Of a DNA stretch of 64,000 bases, positions 28,737-43,103 are shown piece after piece. How positions within the stretch are numbered: the stretch's first letter is position 1; every line of letters begins with the position of its first letter. The position numbers and the translations under genes were made by a program. Source of the DNA: Octopus vulgaris (Eukaryota); assembly GCA_951406725.2 (NCBI GenBank), contig OX597820.1, positions 51,398,001-51,462,000 on the forward strand, given 5' to 3'. The notes under the pieces were generated by a model that did no database searches, was not told the DNA's origin, and saw nothing but the letters and a program-made list of their open reading frames with translations.

Positions 28737-28996
28737 TTATAACATGCTGTCACCTCACTACCGAGCGCAGGTCTGTGTGCCTTGGGTATCTGCTGTGGTT
28801 TGTTGTGATGCTCTGATGGTTACTGTATTGAAAGTGTTTTGCGTAGGATGTGTGCAGTGCCAAGTAGTGGAATTTTCGGTATGTTAGATACATTTGCAAG
28901 TCCTGGTGTTTTTGTTATGTATTTGTCTGCATATTTTTTGTCATACCTAATGCGCCTACTATGATTGGGATTGTTTCTATTTTTAGATTCCACATT
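28734..28996 (-). mobile_element. Second, shorter R4/Dong-like 3' end within (TAA)n
   Basis: Diverged copy of 27901-28175. Confidence 0.85.
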
Positions 28997-29193
<197 letters not shown>

Positions 29194-29399
29194 TTTCTTT
29201 CACTTTTGTTTCCACTAGTCGACACGTATGAGAGAGAAATATCCCTTTGTACATTGGCAGGTCATTAAAATATACACACCAGCTTGTCTATTTATAAAGT
29301 CATATGGGAGAAAAAAGTAAAAGAAAGAAAGTAAAAGGATAGAAAAAATATTTTTTAAAGTGTGAGAAATGAGAAAAATCTAAACAAAGAAAATAGAGG

Positions 29400-30290
29400 G
29401 GATAAAAGAAAAGAAAATACACTGCAACAATGCTTTTCACAATACGTGTGACGTACCACCTCAAACGATCTTTTGCAATTCCTGTAAGGATGGTAAGCCA
29501 GAGATCATTCTGAAATAATTTTCAGTTCCTTTTATGATCACCTCAAGTATTGCTACAATGACTGGTAGTGTTACCATCTTGAGATGCTATATTTTTGCGA
29601 TTTCAATCAGCAAATCTTTATATTTTCTGAGCTTATCAAATTCATTTCCCTGATATTATGAACACTAGATATGCTCATATTAATAAATAAACAGACTCCA
29701 TTGTTTTGGTCTTTCACAACAATATCCGGTTTATTTGCTGTGATGGTGCGGTCTGTATGTACTGGAAAGTTCCAAAGAATCATGACATTTTCTCTGTCAG
29801 TTACAGCTCAGGGTGGTGCTTATGCTATTTTTCACCAGTTTTGATTATATAATGTTGATATGTTAACCACTGTAGATATTGGTGAAGTGTGCCATATTTT
29901 GATTTATACTCTATAGGTACTTAAAACTTACATCCAGTGATTAGGTGATCAACTGTTTTAATCACGTCATTGCAGCAGCGACAATTTGGGTCTACTCCAT
30001 TTTAAATCGTCTCGATTGGTAGTTCCTGAGCAGCTAAGATGTAGACTTCGCTCTTTCCTTTAGTCTTTAACTCCATAGTCACTGAGGGGTGCGCTTCGGA
30101 TCTACATCATCTTGTTTGTTACGGACCACATATTTGCCATGGAGAGACATTTATTGTCACCTGCCTGACAATTGTTCATATGCCATTTCTCTGCCATGAA
30201 TTTCACCGTTTCTGCATCAACAGTTGCCGCACTTCCATCACGATGTTCAACCTGGGTAGAATGCATCAAATCACTAGCAAATTATTATGA
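29400..30290 (-). mobile_element. Third, more diverged R4/Dong-like 3' fragment
   Basis: HGKY, AAQE, CRCCNDVIKTVDHLITGC, ANKPDIVVKD remnants; bounded by (TAA)n at 30293-30350. Confidence 0.7.
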
Positions 30291-30291
30291 A

Positions 30292-30353
<62 letters not shown>

Positions 30354-31058
30354 CCATGTACGTATGTACGCATATTGTGTATGGCTCTGTGCTTGTGTAT
30401 GCTTGTATATGTGTTCGTGCGCCCATCTATGTTTAATCTTCAGAATAATTTTCTTATAATTAAATCAATATCTAATGATTTTAACATAGATGGAAATACG
30501 AGGAATTGAAGAATAGTTATTTGTATTCACGCTTTAGGAAATCTACTGAAGGAATTATAAAACCAATTTGAAATCGTTTAGTCCTCAAGGAATGTCAACA
30601 ATCTTTGGGTGAATATAATTCAATGCACTATCGTCGGATACATCTTCATAGATTATATTAGGATATAACCTAAATGTCGCGTCATCCGCCATCATTTCAT
30701 AAATCGTCAGGAAATTACGAATTAAGTTTCTTGCTTGCTCTAAATGAATAACTCCAAGGCAATATTTCAGCCTTACCTTTATCACTCTTGAGAGTTTTAT
30801 AGGTTATAATAATCATCATGTTCCCAGTTTTACATTTAATATTGTAGCCTTATAATACTGGAGTTATTTATGAGTCAGTTTCTAAGAACATTGTATATGA
30901 AAATGCATACGATACCCTGAATTTCCCTTATCTTAATTAGTGAAACCTTCACCGTGCAATGATGAAAAAATTAAACAGCTAACGTGTCAACATTTAACAC
31001 TTGGCAAATCAACCAAACGCATAAACACATACATGCACATACACATAAAATATATGTA

Positions 31059-31182
<124 letters not shown>

Positions 31183-31723
31183 AACTCTCACATTCCAAAA
31201 TGGAAAACTAAAAGTAAGCAGCATCGGCACCACCAGAAGCTTAGTTTAAAGTCTTTCTCATTGTTATTTCTGGACATTTGCCTACCTAATAATTGAAAAG
31301 TTAACAATACATCAGACAAATGGAGTCAGAAATATGTTTTTCTTGAGCGAAAAAAATTCAGACTAACATAGTTGTTATTTCAGTCAGTAACATATACCGT
31401 TAGTAATCATGCAAAAACATGAACAAGAAAAATACTTATTTCTCATTTCACTATCTAATTTCACTAGAGTGTAGTTCACCCTGCACGCAGTAATTACCAA
31501 AATTCTGAAAAATATAAATTCTGCTGACTTAAAAGAAATAAGGAACGACTCATTTAAGGAATATAATCCAACGTCTAAGAAAAATATGAGATGGTAGATT
31601 GATTTTGAACATAGGTCCGCTGGATTAGATTTCAATGGTGCAAATAAAACCACTCATAAATTCTTCGCATTGGTTTTCAGCCCACGTAAAGCTACGGAAA
31701 AAATGAATATTTTTTTCTGTAAA

Positions 31724-33900
31724 TTCAGTTCAAAGCTGCAGCCATGCTGATGGACCGCCGTTTTGCTACACTGCTATTACTGAGAGCCACTTCCAATATG
31801 TGGCACTTGGTGAAGAATGGAGTTTGATGTAGCTACCCTCATTTGCACCTCTTTCTTTGAGGTAAGTTCATCTGGGACTCTCGACAAGAAGAGGTCCAGC
31901 CTTGATTTAAAAATGCCTATATCTACTTTGTGCAGGTTCCTCAGGCTCTTTGGGAGAATATTAAAAAGCTGTGGGCCCCTGAAATCCAAGCTGTTATAGT
32001 AACTGGTCCTGAAGCGGGATGCCTTTTCTGGTATCTTTGGCACTATGCAGTGTCGACCTTGTGTAGCTTTCATTACCAAAATTTGGTAGACTTCCTTCCA
32101 GGATCTTTCAGATGTATATTACTGCATACCTATCCCGAATTCGCACCAGGGAGTAGAGTCTTAGCTGTTTTAGCCTTTCCCAGTAGCTGAGCAGTTGCAA
32201 AGATACAATCTTCTATGTGAATCTTTGCTGGATTGCTTCAAGGTCTGCTGTTAATTTTACACTGTTGTGTAACCATAGCTGGGAGCAGTAATCCAGGCGG
32301 CTGAGAACGAATGTTCTCCATGGGACCATCATGGTTTCATTATCTCTGGTTCTGAATTTCTCAGGTTCCATCCATCCATCCAGTCGTCTGCACTTTGCCG
32401 CCGTCCTTGTAACGTGCACTTGGAAAGAGGTATCCTCACTCATGTCGTTAACCAATTCCCTCACTGATTTAGCCTCCGGGATTGAAATTCCCTGTTGCCC
32501 AGTGTACTCTGTAAGTTTCATATTCAGTTTCGGACGCTGGTAGCGTAGGGCTTGGAATTTTTCAGCATTAAACTACATATCATTATCCACAGTCCATCTG
32601 TAAATTGCTGATGCTGTGCAACCTCGCTGGGGTTCTGTATTTTTTACGCGACTTTCATATCGTTTGCGTAGCTAGCATGGGTGGCTATCCGGGCAATTAA
32701 GGGCATATCTGAGAGGGCCAGTATGAAAAGCAGTGGTCCCAAGACAGTGCCTTGTGGAACAAGGCTCACTATTTGCGGTTTCCTTGAGGTGATTCCTTTG
32801 GCCACTACTGCTTGGCCTCTATCTATCAGAAATTAATCTAACCACTCTCCAGGTTTTCCAGCTATGCCGAGTTCATGCAGTTTGTGGCATATCATACCAT
32901 GATCCACTTTATCAAAAGGTTTTCCAAAATCAAAGTATATAACGTTCACATTTGAGTTGTTGAGTAACCACCTCACACCCAGTCATAATGCTGCAAGAGC
33001 TGTGTCAGGCAGCTCCTACCTAGTCGGAAAGCAGGCTGGGTGTCATTGAGCAAGTTATTTTCTTCAAGGAATGCGATTAGTTTCCTTCTGACTAACCGTT
33101 CCATAACTTTACTGATGTGTGAAGTCAGAGAAATAGGCTTATAGTTTTCAGCATCTGCTCTGCTTGTCCCTTTGTGGATTAGGTATATTATTCCCACCTT
33201 CAGCTTACCTGGCAGTCCGCTATTTGCAAGAAAGCTCTGGAAGAGAATCTGGAGGGATGTTTCCGGCACACGCTTACACGATTTGAGAAGGATTGCTGGT
33301 AAACCATCAGGACCAGGAGTTGAGTTTGCGTCCACATCATCTGTGGATAGTAGTATATCTTCTTCGCTAATGTCGACGTATTCCATCGAAATTGCCTCAC
33401 TGATTATAGGTGAGGCGGCAAAGAAGTCCACTGGTTCATTCACTTGTCTATGTTCCAAAGGGGTGGAAAAGACGCTTTGATCTGGTCATTCAGTTCTTCA
33501 CTTATCCTCGTTGGACTGTCTGTGAGCGAGCCATCATTTTAGAAGAGGTGTCCTATCTTGTAGCTTACTGAGTCTGTTTCTTTCGCGTAATGAAAGAAAA
33601 CCTTTGAGTTTGACTTAATGTTTTTGATAGCCCAAGCTTCTTTGTCTTCTTTCTCCCTCACATAGGATTGTTGCAGTCATTCTTCAATTCCCATCCGTGT
33701 TGTATTTAGGCGGGATCTTTCGCTACTTTGGGGATGTTGGTTGAGTTGATTTTCAACCTTCACCTGTCGTCCCATGAAGATCTTCCTCTCCCTTGGAATC
33801 TTGTTCCTATTTGTTTTGGCCGTGTGCTCTGGGACATGTTTCTGGCATATGGCTTGCACAAAAGACATGAAATATTCTAGTTTCATGCCAGTCCTGTCTG
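31724..33900 (-). mobile_element. CR1-like LINE, 5'-truncated, decayed ORF2 and 3' UTR
   Basis: PGPDG, NYKPISLTSHISKVMER, FR.GRSCLTQL, DF.K.FDKVDH, VPQGTVLGPLLF, RLDYCSQLW, GPQLFNILP. Confidence 0.9.
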
Positions 33901-34739
33901 AGGATCTCTTTTTGGTTTGTTTAAAACTATTTCGAAAGTGTTACAGTGATTTGCCGCATCATTCAGATAATTTGTTGAAGCTATTTGATTTGTCACCCAA
34001 TTGAAAAGGTCATGAAATACTCACATTTCGATAAATATAGCGTATTTAGAGGAGATATATTTGTGTGGAAAATCATATGATTTAATGTTGCGTGTTGAAA
34101 TGAAAGAATCGACTGAAATGTCTCTTAGATACTTTATAACACTGAAAATCTATGGTCATATTTTAATTCCTTAATAGTAGTAATAGCAATAACGTGTCTA
34201 AATCTGTCATGCAATGTCGGCAGCCCTTTCGCAGAATAGAGCTTTCAATTGCATCTCGTTCATTTTTGTATATTCCAAAAAGAAAATATAGGGTATAATA
34301 AAATTTTACTGTCAATATAAATAGCTTCGGTGTGCGCTAGAGAGAATTTGACCCCTGGCCGAGATAGATTTAATTATTGTATGCATACTTTTACAATTGT
34401 ATTATTTTCTACTAACAGTTAAGTGGAACGTGAAAGGTTCGCAGTCAGTATTTCAAATAAATACACTTTGTTTAACTTGCACTGATCCGACTGAAAACTG
34501 AAGGTTCAATAGATGCGTGATATGAATCATCTGTTTGGCTGTCCGACCGTCATTTTTGTGAAAGGGATTTTTTTTACTCAATGTATTAGCAGCTGATTTT
34601 TACAAGTAAATTCCCAATCAAGAAAATCTGCAAAAACAAAAGCAAAAATTTATTTTCACATAGTCACAAGAATTTATACAAGCACTTTCTCACAATTATA
34701 CACGTATACATACTTATATACACTAAACGACACCTCCAC

Positions 34740-34816
<77 letters not shown>

Positions 34817-34835
34817 TGTGTGTGTGTGCATGATG

Positions 34836-34867
<32 letters not shown>

Positions 34868-34890
34868 ATACATATATATATATAAATGCG

Positions 34891-34941
<51 letters not shown>

Positions 34942-35783
34942 GGATAAATTAAGTATAGAGATATTCTATTAACAATCCAATAATATATTTATATTACAAT
35001 GTTATATTAAATACTATGAATATAATATATAAAATAACATAATATTATATAAAATAAATAATCATAAAGCCATAAAAGGGCAACACATTCTTAAGACTTA
35101 TATGTATGTTTCTGATAGAAATAATCTCAGTTCAATTATATATATATATAGTCACTTCAGTGTTTGGGGTTTAGAAAAACACGAAATTCCATGTGAAAGG
35201 ATTTCTTTTCTTCAGCCGAAACTTATTATTTCACACACACACGCACACATACATACACACACATATGCCTGTTTAATAAAGCTAGCCTACGCTACAATAC
35301 AAGCGTATGAGAAATCATTACAACGAGAAATAAAGTGTGTAGTACAACATAGAGAAAAAAGAAATATCTTCAAAGAGTAAAATGAAAGTATTATTGTATA
35401 ACTTTCCCGATAGTTGTAGAAACTTAGCAACACACATAGGAAAGACTTAGAGTCAAAGAAACTGATACAATTTTTCTTCTTCAGATATATGCCAGAAAAT
35501 ATTTAATAAAGATTATGCAGCAAATGGTGTTATTAGATTTTTTTTTAATACCATTAGCTTGGAAATTTCGAACTGCTACCAAAATTTTGCGACAGAACAC
35601 CATAACAAAAAGAAATATGAGCACAAGTATTAAACACCATTAGATACTTTCTTAAAGGCTGTCGAAGAAACTGGCATACACTGCGAGAACAACACATGTA
35701 ATTGAACACTCAGAGGCACGCACACACACACACACGCATGTATGAATACTTATACATGTATTGGTATACACACACACACACAC

Positions 35784-35824
<41 letters not shown>

Positions 35825-36007
35825 TACATCTATAAGTATGTGAATGTACATATATACAAATTTATATGCATATGTTTATTTATACATATATCTATACATG
35901 TATATACATATATTTATACACTTACATATATATACATATATTTATGCACATGCATATATATACATATATTTATACTCAGACATATATATACTTATATTTA
36001 TACATAC

Positions 36008-36062
<55 letters not shown>

Positions 36063-36218
36063 ATATATAAAAATTGAGGGAGATAAATTAATATTAATTT
36101 TAATATCAATTTAAAACCAGTAGTCCAGAATTCAAAAAATCTGAGGAGTCAGAGAAAATTCAAATATATGTGTATATTGGCAGGGCTAATATACACAGCC
36201 CTGCCAATATACACATAT

Positions 36219-36267
<49 letters not shown>

Positions 36268-36399
36268 ATTAATTAATAAGGGTGAGAGAATTAGATACTA
36301 ATTTAATAGTATGTCCATTCAACACCAAGTGGCCCAGTGCCTCGAGAAACCTGGATTATTATAATATTTTATAATATATTATAATATTATTTTATACAA

Positions 36400-36659
36400 A
36401 AATAAATATAAGAGAATGGTCACTATGTGGCTCATTCTAGCACTAGAAAATCCAAAAGGTTTCAACCACAAAAATACATGTTTCACATGAAAGTCAGTAC
36501 GATTGTTAGCTCACACGAACAAATTTTTTATTTGCCCTGTTCGTGTGAGCTAACAATCGTACTGACTTTCATGTGAAACATGTATTTTTGTGGTTGAAAC
36601 CTTTTGGATTTTCTAGTGCTAGAATGAGCCACATAGTGACCATTCTCTTATATTTATTT
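36400..36659. repeat. Perfect long inverted repeat (~122-bp arms, 16-bp spacer)
   Basis: 36400-36521 is the reverse complement of 36538-36659. Confidence 0.95.
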
Positions 36660-36756
36660 ATATATATATATATACATATACATATATTTATACACATACA
36701 TATATATATATATATATATATTTATATACACATACATATATATTCATATATATTAC

Positions 36757-36916
36757 ATCGCCCCCAGTGCGTAACTGGTACTTAATTTATCGACCCCGAA
36801 AGGATGAAAGGCAAAGTCGACCTCGGCGGAATTTGAACTCAGAACGGAACGGCAGATGAAATACCGCTAAGCATTTCGCCCGGCGTGCTGACGTTTCTGC
36901 CAGCTCGTCGCCTTAA
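36757..36916 (-). mobile_element. tRNA-derived SINE, family B
   Basis: Minus strand GAGCTGGCAGAAACG..GAGTTCAAATTCCGCCGAGGTCGACTTTGCCTTTCATCCTTTCGGGGTCGATAAA. Confidence 0.85.
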
Positions 36917-39415
36917 ATCCTGTCTATATACCATCGAGGTGAGCCTATGCGGTTGGTCCAGATCCAAACTGGGGCATTAGGGAAATCCCGTTGATATCTG
37001 TCAGACAGTTGGAAATGTCTCATCTGGTGCTTGAGGCTGTTACAACTCTATCAGCTACCGCCACACAATTCCAGCGTGCGTGTAACACTAACCCTAACTA
37101 TAACAACTACTAGCAGAAAAGGGTGAGACATACCCAGAAAGTCTTGCAGACGCCTAAAGAAATCCTGCCGTTTGTCTTCGGTAGGGGTGTAGACCGCCAC
37201 CAGTCTAAAGACACCATCGTCACTATCGCTCACGTCTAGGTCCACCAGCTTATCGTCTGGTTCCTGGAAGTTCGACCGTACCTCTAGATCTTGCTTTTTC
37301 CTTAACAGCTGTGCCACCACTCCCCCGTCCCTGACCTACTAACATGCAAAGATTTGATAGTCGTCGAAAATAGTCACTAGTGTGCATGTATTGGAGATCC
37401 TGGTCTCACGGACAGTAATTGTGTCCAATTCCAGAGAACTGAGGCCTTTGAGCTGACGCTCCTGCTTCTAGGGCGACCCCAAGCCTAGAATATTTAAACT
37501 CCCTACTCTTAATATGGCCATGTCCGTCTAAAAAACAGAGATGAAAAGTTTTGGAACCCCATTAAAAGTCTCTATGTGTGTTTCACGTTAGGGATTCCCA
37601 TGTCCCGAGGAAAGCTGTCTTGAAGGCTTGTGGAGGAATCGAGCGGCATTCGCTCCAGAAGCAAATCTGGTACATGAAATGTATTCGATTCAAAAATCTG
37701 CCCCTCTGTTTCAGTTTCAGTGCTTTGTGTTACGAGGGCATCAATTCCTTGTTGGCCCTTTTGATAAGTACGAACATGAGTAATTTTGTTGCTGTTGTTT
37801 TATTTGTTTTTTTGACTGTGATGCTGATGGTCTTCGTGTTATTTAAGTTGTTTCTGATTGCTCTCATAGGGGTTTTTGCGGTTTCGGATGTTTCTGTGAG
37901 TGTTTGTTGCTGAGTCTGTTTAAGTTTTCCTATTGGAGGATTTTGGTGATGGTGATGTTGTTGGTCGTGCTGGTGTTATTGGGGAGATATTTGCGTGGGT
38001 GGTGCTTGCTTTTTTTTATTGTGTGTGTTGTTATGCTTTGTGGAGTTTTCTTGTTCTGTTTTTTTTTTTGTTTTTGGTGTTTGTTGGCTTTTGGCTTTCC
38101 TTCATCATCACTATTGGAAGCTGAGAAGTCTGTGGCTGTACGTGTGTCTGTGTGTATGTTTATGTTTTTGTATCTGTGTTTATTTGCTGTGGAAGTGGAG
38201 AAGTGAGAGAGCTTTTCTCGTTTCCTCTAGGGTAGTCAATATCTTTGGTGGTGTTTTATTTGTTGTTGCTGCTGATTTTGCCGGTACTGTTGTTGATTGT
38301 GGTCTTCACTCCGCGTAGGCAGCAGTGGGGACCTTCGACCCCTTAGACCTGTTATCAGTTGAGAGCAGAAGTCCCGCAAATGCCTTGTTTCACCACAAAC
38401 GAAGCAATGTGGTTTCTTTCTCCTCAGTTATTATGTATATGTCTGCCCCCTTTTGGAGACTGATGTTGTACACTAAGGATTTTACGTTTCCTCGCATGAT
38501 CTGGAGAAGTATTCCCAGGTCAACACCAGACCAATCGTCTCTGACAGGTTACCTTTATCAGGACGGTATCAGACACTTGTTCGATTACTCATTCCGGAAG
38601 CCACCACATATCAAGTCCTAGGAATACGGACATGTTCTGTTCTTTTTCCAGATGTGAGGTTACATAATGACCCTGCTGGTTTTGCAAGGGTTCATCGAGT
38701 GCATCATAGCGAGTGATTCTGACTTAAAAATTCAATACCTGCTTGTGCTATTAAAGCAGCTTTCTTTGTCTCCGCTGTTGTCTCCAATTAAGTTGGCCCG
38801 GAGTTGCTCGTGTTTGATGAGTTTCCAGGCTTCGGCCAAATTTTCGTCTCTGTTTGTGAGTTCTAGGCTGAATCTAGGTCTCATTGATTATGTTGGAAAT
38901 ATTGGTATCGTAGTTGTTGTTGTTGTTTTTTTTTTTCTGCTGCTACCGGTGCTGCTGCTGCTGTTGTTGTTGTCTTTGCTGGAGTTTGTAATTTATTCTC
39001 TTGTTTCTGCCGTCGTAAAGGAGCAGGCAGAAGCATATAGAATTCATTGCGATACGTTCCATATGCGCTGTTATTATCATTGTTGTTCTTTTGATGTTGT
39101 TACTACTGTTGTTGTTGTTGTTGTTACAGCAGTCGCTGTCTTCTTCAATTTGGCTGTTCTGAATTGCGGATAACCCGCTGTTCTTTCCGGCGGACGGACG
39201 GTTTTCGTTCACCATCTTTGATTTTTGGGACGTTGTAACACAAGCAGATCCCAAAATAGCGCCTAAGAGTTACAAATGGGAAAGGAATAATCAGTTCCAC
39301 AAGGTTCTGGTTTGTTTAACTAAGTAACAGTAAGAAATGTACAATGTAAAACACTGTATATCAATAAGAATTGTAGCAACGCTTACCCCGCGACGTACGA
39401 GCATATGTTGATAGA
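36917..39415 (-). mobile_element. Tx1/L1-like LINE 5' part: decayed ORF1 and start of the APE endonuclease
   Basis: From ATG at 37521: MAILRVGSLNILGL..K...LDTITVRETRI, then VAQLLRK, FRLVAVYTP; upstream low-complexity K/N/Q-rich decayed ORF1. Confidence 0.7.
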
Positions 39416-39517
39416 CGACTAACAACAACAATAATAATAATTATTATTATTACCATAACAATTATTCTGCCAGCTCACCGCCTTAATAGTAATAATAATA
39501 TTAATATGCTTCTGCAC

Positions 39518-39880
39518 TAAGGTGGCGATCTGGCAGAATCGTTAGCTCGCCGTACGAAATGCTTTGCAGTATTTCGTCTGAGTTCAAATTCCGCCGAGGT
39601 CGACTTAGCCTTTCATTCTTTCGGGGTCGATTAAATAAGTACTAGTTACGCACTGGGGTCGATATAATCGACTTAATCCGTTTGTCTATCCTTGTTTGTC
39701 TCTCTGTGTTTAGCCCCTTTTGGATAGTAAAGAAATAGGTATTTTGACTGTCGCTACGTTCTGAGTTCAAATCCCTCGAGGTCGACTTTGCCTTTCCTCC
39801 TTTCGGGGGCTATAAATTAAGTACCAGTTGCGTAGTGAGGTCGATCTAATCGAATGGTCCCCTAGCCAAAAATGTCGGTC
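39518..39880 (+). mobile_element. Family B SINE with duplicated core
   Basis: GAGTTCAAAT..GAGGTCGACTT.GCCTTTC..CTTTCGGGG occurs at ~39580 and ~39762. Confidence 0.85.
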
Positions 39881-41089
39881 TTTGCTTGTTGATTTTACTC
39901 GCTTTTTTCTCTTTCGCTTTTCTTATCACCTGCTTCCAACAGTTCATTTGTTGATATACACAATTGCAGAGAATGTAGTGTTCACGTTTCATCTCCAATT
40001 ATAGTTATATAAATATTAATCATTAATTTCATCACTCGCCGAGTAATTTATACTTTCTTCATTTTAACACTCTCTCACTCTACCTCTTCTTTTGGGATTA
40101 TTTCTTTGTAATCAATCATGCATATTCATCAAGAATTTATTTTTCGTCTGTGTCATTCTCAGCTTTCTATCTCCTCTCAACCCATTGCATAGTGTATACA
40201 TTTGTTCAACTTTCATCTTTCAGCATACAAATTAATTTTAAATTCCTCAATTCAGTAAACTTTTTTTTATTTCTTTTGTAGTCTTTTCTCATATAGTCAC
40301 CGCATTTGAGATCTTTTACTTCTGCTTCAAACTCTGACACCTAAATTATTATTATTATTATTGTTTTTATTTCAATCCTTCATAAAATGTATACTCTATA
40401 TCTTGCTCATTTTCTTGGGCTCTCCAACCCCCGTCTCTCTGCGTTGTTTCTTTCTCTTCGCTCCTATTACAACAATCCTTTTGCTTATATCCACAATCAC
40501 ATCAGTGACAGATAACACATTATTTATGTTTCATCATCCCTTAAAATATGAACATTTCGTGCGTAATTTCCGGAGTTATTTCCTTTGGGAATGGCAATAT
40601 GGTTTCAGGTGTATGCTGGTTGAATTGGCTTCCACTGAAAGTATTTGATGAAAAAAATCCTTACTCAGATTACGGTCTGCTAGATCCACGTGACCTTGAA
40701 CTTGGTACCCGGAACGTATGACTGTGCCTCATGAAAACGAGGGGATTTTAAGTCTGATCTCATATTTCTTATAGAAATGGTGTCATGATAAAGATACTGA
40801 TGACTGGGCACTTTAAGATCACTACCTTCATATTTATTTACTGATGCTAAAAGTTTGATCAAATTGTTAGAATTAGCGGCAATTAACACAAGAAAATTAT
40901 GCCTTGGTGACCTTCCAGAAGATCCTAACTTATGCTAATATCTAGTGAGGATTGATGTGAGATATATTCACCCTGATCATCACGACGGACATTTCATATT
41001 GAAATGCAGTAAAAAACTAAATACAGTAATTATGGACAATAACAAAGTAAGCCAGCAAATTAAACTGTAACACTAGTATGAATGCAATA

Positions 41090-41600
41090 TGTATTTAGCA
41101 AAAACGTGGAGAAAGGAGCATATTTGATAAAAAATATTACAAACAATGACTGACCAAGCAACAACGATGATGAGAGAAACGAGTAGTTGACCAAATTAGT
41201 GTTTGAAGAAGTAAGGCAGCGAGTGGTTTTCAATAAGATGCTGATAAACGACTGAGACATGTAAAAAAAGATAGGCATCATCAGAAGGAGTTCTTGAAGC
41301 AAATAATAAACATACGGACAATGGTAATGAAATTAGTAAAATGATATAACGAAAGTAGCACAGATAGACAAAATTTGAACAAGAATGATTATGATGGAAA
41401 CATGTCCATGAAAATGCCGAAAGAGTTAATCTGAATAAAATCACTGAGGAGATTAGTAGAATCATGAATAATTCCACAAATCATACAACAAAACAAAAAC
41501 TTTGTTATGAGCGGAAAATGTTTATGCAGCAAATCAGATTGGCCTAAAATAGTACTAAGAAGAACTAGTATGGGTTACAATTTCAAGAGATATGGGGATA
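41090..41600 (+). pseudogene. Possible Gypsy-type integrase remnant
   Basis: Faint TDNG and NAERVN motifs in integrase order. Confidence 0.25.
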
Positions 41601-43047
41601 TGCAAGTGGCCAAAAGAGAAATTGATATATTGAAAAGAAAATGAAGCAACATCCATTGGAAACTATAGTAATGCGATAAGAACTAGATTGGAAGTAAACA
41701 GAAAAAAATGCTGTTCCAGTATGTGGGCTGTAATTATGAGCTGTAATTAGAGATGATTCCTTTCCAGTAAATACATCTCACTATCTTTTCTTCATAATTA
41801 AAATTTTAAAAGATATATCGATACAAATTAACGTAAAGATACTTTATGAAACTTACAGTCACTAGTTGCAGCAGCTAGTATTTTTGTTGAGAGTATCGTA
41901 CTTTTTATTGTTATAGTCTTCTAAAAATCTGACTGAGCAGAAAGTGGACTAAAACCACTCTGCCATATGTTGTCCTTCTTTCAGAAATTACGCAAGCAAT
42001 TATAAGACGTGATGCTGCTATTTCAAGTTGTTTGACAGAAATGTAAGTGGTGCTTATCTGCTATTTTTACGCGGTCCAAAAACTATATGAATATTCTGTT
42101 TTTTTTTTTGCTTTTTTTTTTTGTCTGGTATCACCCTATAAGTTTACAAGAGATAAATATACTGCAGTGGGTTGAATAAAACTCGTATCAAATTTTGCAT
42201 GAATTCTTAGATAATAAATTCGTGCTAGTTCTGTATAGTGGGTTCCTGCTTTTATTCAACAAAATTCTCAAAAGGTTCACCTATTGTTTATCCACAACAG
42301 CTGTATCCATTAAAAGAATTGCATAACTGCACTTTAATGAAGAGATTTCCTCCAGAAATATAATTCAAATACAGTAATTTAATACTCTCTCCTTAGAGAA
42401 CGACAAACCTTCAATGTAACAAGTGCATGTAATGAGAAAAAAATATATATTGCATTTGCTCTTTTTATAACTTTGCTTCCAAGTTGTTCAGATGAGCGCC
42501 GTTCTCCTGGCTTTGCGAGTCCAAACTTTTCGATTCTCAAAATGGTTGACTTAATTTAGCGAAACATAACTTTCTTTACATCTGAAGGATATACTGAAAA
42601 TTCTAAGGACCCACCTCTTTTTGTTGTTGTGGAAATAGCAAATACAACTGATACATTGTCGAACCATACATCAAAATAAAGATCATATTCATAAAGAATA
42701 TGACTATGATCTCTTCAAAATCAGGGTTAACAACTAGCTTGCCTTTATTTTATTAGTTTAGCGCTTATTTTATTATCCTCTTGTTTTATTTCCTTGTATT
42801 ATCTCATTTATTGTAATCCTATTTGCTGTATTTTATTGTCATCTGTTCTTTTATCACTTACTTTATTGCCAGCTGATCGTATTTCATTTAAATCTTTTAT
42901 CAATTATTCTATGATAACTTTTATTTATTCCCATAAATATGCTCAGTTTTATATGTGTGTGTGTATGGACGTACACTTGTGTGTATTTATATATAGATGT
43001 ATTAGAATGCTCATATATATATTTCCATAAATATGAATAAATGAAAC

Positions 43048-43103
<56 letters not shown>

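Noticed and set aside
30778-30917. Possible minus-strand exon bounded by CAG and GTAAG
   Set aside because: Stops in all three frames and no supporting neighbouring exons
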